Shown: positions 55,895-64,000 of the stretch, in pieces
Position numbering within the stretch: the first letter of the stretch is position 1
How the letters are laid out: every line of letters starts with the position of its first letter
NCBI GenBank assembly: GCA_951406725.2
Contig: OX597821.1
Coordinates: 66,836,001-66,900,000 of the forward strand
From: Octopus vulgaris
Lineage: Eukaryota
Length of the DNA: 64,000 nt
Reading direction: 5' to 3'
Translations under genes and position numbers: made by a program
Notes under the pieces: model-generated
What the model saw: only the letters and a program-made list of their open reading frames with translations
Told to the model about the DNA's origin: nothing
Databases searched by the model: none

Positions 55895-55925
55895 TCATAT
55901 ATATATATATCATCATATATATATG

Positions 55926-55987
<62 letters not shown>

Positions 55988-56261
55988 TACATATATACAT
56001 ATATATGAGAATATGATAGACGAAAGCTAACTCTTCCTTCCGTAGAAGAAAAATTTCAAATCAGACCATGTTAACACCAAAAATTATTTACATCAAACAG
56101 GTAAATCCCTATTTTTTACGATGCTTTGACTGCTGTGTCGCCATTTTTTGGTGTCTTTCCGTTAAAGAGAATAACAAGCTACATACTGCCAAATTTTTAC
56201 TTTTCAAAAATTCCAATTCTAATGAGTTTAAACAAACCGCAACGCCGGGCGATACTGCTAG
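55449..56261 (+). mobile_element. Non-autonomous Helitron-like element
   Basis: 5' TC-TATATATATAAAAC..TTGTGTGTCTG. 3' CCGCAACGCCGGG (degenerate hairpin) followed 7 nt later by CTAG|T. No TSD. Confidence 0.6.
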
Positions 56262-56313
56262 TATATATATATATTTATATATACATATACATTCATATAT
56301 ATATACATCTTTA

Positions 56314-56386
<73 letters not shown>

Positions 56387-56445
56387 CACACATCCATAGA
56401 TATCTATCTAACTATCTATCTATCTATCTATTTATATATAGAGAG

Positions 56446-56959
56446 ATTAACACCAGACCTTGAAGCAATCCAGAGAAGATTCACAATGAAGATCGTCTCT
56501 TTGCAACTGCTCAGCTACTGGGAAAGGTTGAAACAGCTAAGACTCTACTCCCTAGAGAGAAGACGGGAGAGGTATGCAGTAATATATGTCTGGAAGAAAC
56601 TGGAAGGAATTGTGCCAAATTTTGGCATTGAAAGCTACACCAATGCCAGAACGGGACGACACTGCATAGTGCCAAAGATCCCAGCAATGCCATCACGCTT
56701 CAGGACCAGCTACTGCAACAGCCTGAGTTTCAAGGGCCCACAGCTTTTTAATGTTCTCCCAAAGAGTCTGAGGAACTTTCACAAAGATGTAGGGTTTTTT
56801 AAGTCAAAGCTGGACCTCTTCCTGTCGAGAGTCCCAGATGAACCTACCTCACGGCAAGAGGTGCAAATGAGGGTAGCTATATCAAACTCCATTCTTCACC
56901 AAGTGCCACATATTAAAGGAGGCTCTTAGTAATAACAGTGTAGCACAAAACGGCGGTGC
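56446..56959 (+). mobile_element. 5'-truncated CR1-group LINE ORF2 C-terminus
   Basis: LEAIQRRFT...[22 protein letters not shown]...FKSKLDLFL, open to the stop at 56929. The 3' UTR is cut just after GGCGGTGC. Confidence 0.88.
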
Positions 56960-56960
56960 A

Positions 56961-57961
56961 TCTGTAATGTTTGGTCTATCAAGAAGTACTGCCTCGAAAG
57001 TAATCACAGACTTTGAGTGAAAGAGGGAAAAACCTTGTGAAAACAAAACGCTGAAAGAAAACCAAAACTTTTAGAAAGGGGGCGTCGGAGTCTTACGCCA
57101 ATTGTTAGAAAGGATCACAAAAGTGCAGCTCTCAAAATTAATTCAGAGCTTAATGACCACATCGAGAACGAGTTTCCACAAAAACTATTCTCTGCACAAA
57201 GCCGGATTTCGCGGGAGTGCTGTAATCAGAAAAACCACTACTTTCAAAAGCAAACATTGCAAAGCGCTTAGATTGGAGTAAAATCCTACAGAATTGGTCC
57301 CTAGAGCAGTGGGAGAATGTTATTTTCTTGGACTAATCATCCTTTACCTAATTTCCGATAACGAGCCGAGTATATGTGTGGAGACAGCCAAACGAGGCAT
57401 TTGACCCAGACTGCCTTCTTCCAACTGTTAAACATGGAGTAGGATCGGTGACGATCTGGGGGGGCTGTATCTCGGAAATCTGCCGGCCCAATAGTTTCCC
57501 TTCATGGCAGAATTAATAGTCAAGACAATTTAAGCGTTTTACCTTATCAAATTCATCCTATGATCGCAGAACTGTTTCCGGGGGCAAACGCAATCTTTCA
57601 GGATGATAATGCACTAATTCACACAGCTAAAGATGTTACTGAATGGCACGACGAACATAGTAGTGAAGTTGAATATCTTATCTAGCCACCAAAGTCTCCA
57701 GATCTCAATATTATTGAACATTTATGGTGCATTTAAAAAAACAAGTAAGGAGTCGATATCCTCTACCATCATAACTAGAAGAAGTAGAGACTCTTTTAGT
57801 TGAAGAATGGACAAAAATTACTTTGGAAATAATTCGAACTTTGTATGAGTCCATACCGCGTAGAATTCAAGCTGTAATTACTGCCAAAGGCGGTCCTACT
57901 CCATACTGAAATAAATTTGTTTGAAATTTTAACGTATTTCCATTATTTTGTCCAACCCCTG
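56961..57961 (+). mobile_element. Tc1-family transposon lacking left end, DD36E transposase pseudogene
   Basis: WENVIFLD*SSFT, PTVKHGVGSV, FQDDNALIH...SPDLNIIEHLW, IPRRIQAVITAKGGPTPY*. Right TIR TTTCCATTATTTTGTCCAACCCCTG-TA. Confidence 0.9.
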
Positions 57962-58008
<47 letters not shown>

Positions 58009-58124
58009 CTGATGTTTCGGTGTCATCGTACTCGAAACACTTCACTTACAACTATAATGAATGGTGTGAAACTATTAGGTTGAAAAGTCCACAAGTGATG
58101 GTTGGACACGAACATACTTACACT

Positions 58125-58655
58125 TTCTTTTACTTGTTTCAGTCATTTGACTGCGGCCACGCTGGAGCACCGCCTTTTAGGCGAGCAAATCGAACCCAGG
58201 ACTTATTTGTTGTAAGCCTAGTACTAAATTTACGGGGACGTAAACACACCGCCATCGGTTGTCAAGTGATGTTTTATTTTTTTGAGGCTCAAGTCTTTTC
58301 ATACACCCCTCGTACGCGTGCCTTATTTTTGTTGTTGTGTAACTGTCTTCCGTTGCTCATTTAGCTTCTTTGACATGGCCGTCATTTTAATTCGGGAACT
58401 GCTATCATATATTAGCAAACTCCATTAACATCAGCACTACTTTTAAGAAAGCCCTTCCCCCACCTCAAACCATACTACACAGACACACAAACGACGTGCT
58501 TCCTTCAGTTTCCGTCTACCAAGTCCACTCACAAGGCTTTGGTCGACCCGAGGCTCTAGAAGAAGACACTTGCCCAAGGTGCCACGCAGTGGGAATGAAA
58601 CCGGAACCATATGGTTGGTAAGCAAGCTATTTACCATACAGCCATTCCTGCGCCT
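58125..58655 (-). mobile_element. S1 SINE split by a ~210-bp insert (58271-58480)
   Basis: Head at 58490-58655 (CCTTCAGTTTCCGTCTACC...TTGCCCAAGGTGCCACGCAGTGGG) and tail at 58125-58270 (GCGGCCACGCTGGAGCACCGCC) are in the same orientation. Confidence 0.85.
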
Positions 58656-58773
58656 AATACTTCTCGACTTTGTTGTAAATATGTCTTTTCAATTCAATAT
58701 TTACATGGTATTCTTCATAGCTGTGTGTGTGTGTGTATGAGGGAGATAGAGAGAGAGAGAGAGAAAGAAAGAA

Positions 58774-58832
<59 letters not shown>

Positions 58833-58833
58833 T

Positions 58834-59797
58834 GTTTCTTTATTAGCAACACAGGGCTGCACACAGACAGGACAAATTACAAGATAGAGCTTTTCTTTTG
58901 GGTGTAAAAAAGGGGGTTTGGTTTTCGATCAAAAGGGATCGTAAAAGGAAAGAAAGAGGACAAAAAAGGGGGTGGGATAGAAAATAAAAGGAAAAAGAAA
59001 AAGATCGATCAATAGGGATCGTTATCACAGAAATGTCAATATAAAGTGTACAGGGGAGGACAGGTTAGGTTTACCAGTGGAAAGAAAAGCCTACGGAAAA
59101 GACCACGGTAACCTCGTTCAATGAAGTCACATGTTATATATTTTTTTTACAAATAAGCAACTCTCTGTATTAATTTTTACGGTTCATAGGATCATAGTCA
59201 AGGTGGCTTCGTCATTCATACGTGCCATCCTTGCTAGATTCACCCATCTTTTTTTAAAACATTCACTAGACAAAATTTGCCTCTCTACTCTCACTTTCCT
59301 CTTCAAGTGATACTTGAAGAAGTTGATGAGAGATTGACCAGAGAGGAAAGTGTTTGTCTCTAATCCTTTTAGGCGCATCCACCAGATACATTCTTTCGCC
59401 ATAGCCAGAAGTATGATAAAAATAGCTCTTCCTTCCCGTTTGAAGGAAGGAAGCGTGTCGACATTAACGATAGACTCGGCTGATAAACCGACACGTGCCA
59501 CACGTGACAGCAGTCGTTCGACATAAGCCCACAGGTCGGAGATTGTTAGACAATGCACGATTGTGTGCAGAACGGTTTCGTCGCTTGGCCCGCATCTCGG
59601 GCAGGTCAGCCCGGTGTTTCTCGAGCCATGTCTATAGAGCTTATCCCGAACATGTAGCGCTTCTCGGTAGCACTGCCAGACAAGGGATCTCTGGAAGTTG
59701 TCCATAGGTCCCGGCCCGAAAGTCGTTTCAAACAGGCGGGTCAAGTATTCCTCGTCGACACCCAGGTTTGCCCTAAGATCGTCGTCGTACCTCCCCT
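58834..59797 (-). mobile_element. 5'-truncated Tx1/L1-clade LINE (C-terminal CCHC domain plus 3' UTR)
   Basis: ORF 59184-59744 with W.CYREAL.VRDKL...CPRCGPSDETVLHTIVHC (zf-RVT-like) and IWWMR. Pyrimidine-rich 3' UTR ending AATAAAGAAA next to (TATC)n. Confidence 0.88.
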
Positions 59798-59820
59798 ATA
59801 GATAGATTTATCTGTTTATA

Positions 59821-59936
59821 CGAGGAGTTTATGAAAAGTTTTGAGCCTTCAAGGCCTTTAAGTTTTGTACCTTTATCAGAAGCTTTGTACCGGGTTTTGA
59901 TTTTTTTGCGGTTCAAGACTTTTCATACACCTCTCG
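59821..59936. mobile_element. Mariner-type MITE, 116 bp
   Basis: TA-CGAGGAGTTTATGAAAAGTTTTGAGCC ... GGTTCAAGACTTTTCATACACCTCTCG-TA. Confidence 0.75.
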
Positions 59937-60869
59937 TACGCGTGCCTTTTGTTCATTGTTGTGTAACTGTCTTCCGTCGCTCATTCAACTTCTTTAACAC
60001 AGCCGTCATTCAACTTCTTTAACATAGCCGGGAGCTGCTATCATATATTAGCAACATTAACTCCATTAACATCATCAATACCGTTAAAAAAGCCCTTCCC
60101 CCATGCCAAACCACACTACACTGTCATATCCACTCCATTTTCACTGCCTTTCTTTCCCCTAATTTTCCCACATAGACAACTATCTCTTGTATTGCCAACA
60201 ATTCCGCTAATGGTGTTGTAACAGCTGCAGTTAAATGGCCACGAACGTAATTGTTATATCTTAACTCCATTATCAATACAACCACCGAATCTACAACCAC
60301 TGTGAGAACTTCAGTTACCGTTTCTCACTATAAACATTTGATAACAGAAATAACAAATAACAGTGTCAGCAGAATTAACAATAATACAATATTATGATCA
60401 CAATGGGAATTTATAAATCAGCGGTTCGAATCGATACCTTTCATGAGAAATAGTTTTGATCATAGCGAACTATTGGTGAGTAGCATCTATAAGTGAGTCA
60501 GTCTCAACTTCATTCATTCGCGTCATCGAGATTTATGTTGCAGTATAAACTCAAGGATAGATTTGGTTGCACATAACTATCATGAAATTATTCCAGCCGA
60601 AACGATTCTGTTTCATTTCAGTATAATTTTTTTGCAATGTCATCTTTGTCTGACCAAAGGCAATACAACTTATTTTCATGCACGACTTTTAATAATTTCA
60701 GAAATTATCTATGAAAGACGATGGCTTCCATGTTTTTATTTAATATGTTCTGAGAGAATTCGACCGTAAATATGCTAATCACTGTTAGGTCTAGCCACAA
60801 GAATAATTTGTTCCTTACGACGAATATATGCTGATAGCACCCTCTATTCATTAGTACAAGGGATTCTTC

Positions 60870-61095
60870 CCTCTTTCTCGAGTCGCTTTCAATGTGTCCA
60901 TGGTGTAGATATTCTCCCCCTAGACGGGAAGCCGATCCGTCGCAGGATCACACTTTTTATATTATCAGCTGAGTGGATTGGAACAATGTGAGATGAAGTT
61001 TTTTGCTCAAGAACGCAACGCGTGACCGGTTCAGGTTCTAACCCACAATCTTACGATCATGAGTTAAACACCATAACCACTAAGCCACGCGCCTA
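60870..61095 (-). mobile_element. SINE S3
   Basis: CAGCTGAGTGGATTGGAACAATGTGAGATGAAGT..TTGCTCAAGAAC...CTTACGATCATGAGT..AACCACTAAGCCACGCGCC. Confidence 0.75.
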
Positions 61096-62643
61096 CTCCG
61101 TACAAGAGATTCTGGAGTAGCCAGTATTTCTACATTGTTGTGTCTCATCAGTCGGGAACATCCAGATCTATGAATCTCACAAGAGCCGATGGTTATATTT
61201 ATAACTTACGTGTACAAAACTTTACTGATCCGTGCTGAAATCTGTCATCCGATAATACATTATTCTATGCGCGGTGAAAATCACGAATCAAGATTATAGC
61301 TTACATATTTATACTTAATAAGTTGAGCGTGGATATGCTGATAGCCGTTGTGTTTCGTCATAGGAGACAAGCTCAGCTTTTTACGACTATGGTTAATGTA
61401 CACATTTATGAGGAAAACCGAATTTGCAAGTGAATACACATGGGTTTTAATAACACTTACTAAGAAACCTTACTGGGTCAACGAAGAGTGGGAAAATTAT
61501 TTCCATGAAAATATAGAAGTAAAATTCATAATTTAAATTTGTCCATAAACTTGCAAGAAAATTTGAAGCATGATAACATGATACGCTATGAATGTTTGGC
61601 AAATTGTTGATGCCCATTTTTTTAAATTTTTACTTTTGTGTACGAGGAACATTGCTTTAATGTTCATATTTAGATATGACGGGAAAAATATACGTAGAGT
61701 GCATATATGTTGAGGAGCCTGGAAGACAATTTGTCAACGTGTAATGGAACTGAATAGGAAATTCATGTAGTTATTGATGATGTTATCAACCTTTTATGTG
61801 AAAACATTTGTACTATGGCTCTTTTAAGATAACGGTAACGAGTCCTGAAAAAGAGCGTTACTACGTCTGCGACCAGTTTTCTCTTGCTAGAAGTCGTATC
61901 TATAATTGCCATATCTATAATTGGTTAATACTGCTTTTTGATAACAAAATACCAGAATTAACCACATTTGTGCTGTGGTTCATTTGAGTTACTAAATGGC
62001 AATGAGTTTTGAAAATAGCGTCACTGAATTTGCAAACAAGTCTCTCTCTTCCTAGAAGTTATAATGCTCCATTAGCTCCAAAAAGCATTAGTAGCGCCAT
62101 CTATGATCAGTCAATACTAATTTTAAAAACAATTTGGTAAGATTAAAGTCGTTCCTGCGACTTTCAAGGAAAAAATAATGACACAAGTAGTACCTATTTG
62201 ACGTCAATGAAGGGTTATGCAACCAGTGCGTCGGCACGAAAAGAGCTGAATAATGATGATCGGCAATCGATGATAATTACCAATATGTTTATGCATATGT
62301 TTTTTATATTCTACAGTAATGTAGCTTGGTTTTTGGCCACCTAGTGCAGTTCGCATATCCTACACAACACAGCCTAATCCACACACATCTTTTTTGTAAA
62401 TGCAGGATAACTTATGAAATGCCATCAAAAACACAATTGCAGCTGCGTATCTAGAATGACACAAGTTACATCAACTTGCGACCAGTGGTTAGGGGGTTAC
62501 GTTCCCGATCGTGTGTTGTTTGCTCATGCAGAATAATCCATTTTACGTTGCTCAACAGTAACTGAGTTCCAACAACAGCTAATGAATCAATCCTGCAACG
62601 GACTGGCGTTCAGTTCAGAGGGAAGTGATAATTACCCTCACAT

Positions 62644-63033
62644 ATATTCTATAAAACCGAGCTATGCTCCGAACGTGAGATATCTTGAGATTTTAAGAGA
62701 CTTGGGTCTAAATCAAAGGAAATCGTTCGGGGAAAAATTGCCTGCTATTTGTAGCAAGTCGAAGGGAATATCTAGTTGTTTCTGCTTCGATTCATATCCA
62801 CCTAGAAAATATGGATCGATATTGTTTTAAAGAGTGCGATGATATTCCATAAAACCGAGCTATGCTCCGAACGTGAGATATCTTGGGATTTTAAGAGACT
62901 TGGGTCTAAATCAAAGGAAATCGTTCGGGGGAAAATTGCCTGCTATTTGTAGCAAGTCGAAGGGAATATCTAGCGGTTTCTGCTTCGACTCGTATCCACG
63001 TAGAACATATGGATCGATATTGTTTTAAAGAGT
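62644..63033. repeat. Tandem duplication, two ~198-bp units
   Basis: ATATTC.ATAAAACCGAGCTATGCTCCGAACGTGAG...GGATCGATATTGTTTTAAAGAGT starts at 62644 and again at 62842, with few substitutions. Confidence 0.95.
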
Positions 63034-63585
63034 ACGGTTACGCAAGCCAACATGATGATGGTAGTACCATCGCAAGAAATGCGTCTACATTTTAATGACT
63101 CACATCACCATTGTCGACTGGATTTGAAAATCGATCTTAAAAACCTTATATTCAATGTCATGTCATCAACACTACAACCACCATAAACCATCCAGCACCA
63201 CTGCCAGCTTCATAAATCTATATCCTATACTGTCATCAGCACCGCAACATCTACCACATTTACCGCCACCTTTACAAGTAGCATAAGCATGGCACTGTCA
63301 TCATCAACGTTGTCACCGCTGTTCCCACGACAACTATCAGCACCTTCGCAGCTACCCCTATCTTTACAACCTCTACAGCCACCCTTACTTCCACTACCAC
63401 ATCAACCAGCACCGTCGCTGCTTTTACAACCTTTTCTTATTATTATTTATAATACATTATTTATAATCTACTCGATCGGGGATAAATTGAAGATAGATCA
63501 GGATTTGAACTCAAGGGATGCGGTTATTTCAAATTTTATACATAATCTATAATGACAGCAATAATATTAATATCTTACTATTGGA

Positions 63586-63775
63586 AGATAGCGAGCTGGC
63601 AGAAATGTTAGCACGCCGGGCGAAATGCTTAGCGGTATTTCCTCTGCCGCTACGATTTGAGTTCAAATTCCGCCGAGGTAGACTTTACCTTTCATAATTT
63701 CGGGATCGATAAATCATGTACCAATTACGTACTGGGGTCGATCTGAAATTTCAGGCCTTGTGCTTAAAATAGAAA
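63586..63775 (+). mobile_element. SINE S2 (alternative-tail variant)
   Basis: GCGAGCTGGCAGAAATGTTAGCACGCCGGGCGAAATGC...GAGTTCAAATTCCGCCGAGG...GAAATTTCAGGCCTTGTGC. Confidence 0.85.
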
Positions 63776-64000
63776 TTAATATCATTTTGGAGAGTCGACA
63801 AAATCATTATCGTGCCGAACAAATTGCATAATAGCATTTCTTTCGGCCTATTTACTGAGTGCAAATGCCGCCGAGTTTGTCTTAAAATCCTTTTATCGTC
63901 GACAAAATATATAGACGTTGCGCTCTAATTTTTTTGTAATAAACCTTACCTAGTCTCAAAAATTGCTGGCGTTAAGTAACAGCAATATTATGAAAAATAA

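Noticed and set aside
56126-56929. 267-aa ORF as a gene
   Set aside because: Chance read-through from the Helitron-like end and TA repeat into the LINE ORF2 C-terminus. Only the last ~155 aa are meaningful.
58004-58052. Minus-strand GTGT..ACAC-C-GAAA-CA-TC hammerhead-like fold
   Set aside because: The core reads TAAGTGA and stem III is not palindromic, so it is too decayed to call.

Overview
AT-rich, microsatellite-saturated eukaryotic non-coding DNA. The SINE, LINE and microsatellite complement resembles an octopod (Octopus-like) genome, which is an inference from repeat recognition and not a database result. No host protein-coding gene can be supported, and almost all of the ORF track is translated (TA)n/(CA)n/(TATG)n/(GATA)n/(TAA)n repeat. 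The window is a mobile-element graveyard: three Tc1 copies (a near-complete IR-DR DD34E element, a decayed copy and a DD36E fragment), mariner/pogo/hAT MITEs, a Helitron-like element, CR1-group, Tx1/L1-clade and R4/Dong-like LINE fragments, at least three tRNA-derived SINE families and an orphan 18S rRNA fragment. The most interesting signal is RNA structure. Many short islands between simple-repeat tracts, several with Penelope-like inverted duplications, contain minimal type-I hammerhead ribozyme motifs. Their catalytic cores covary at the C3:G8 tertiary pair (C:G, U:A and G:C versions all occur), and one canonical hammerhead lies directly downstream of a tRNA-like Pol III head. Two SINE families share 3' tails with two different LINEs present in the same window, one of them a Tx1/L1-clade element.
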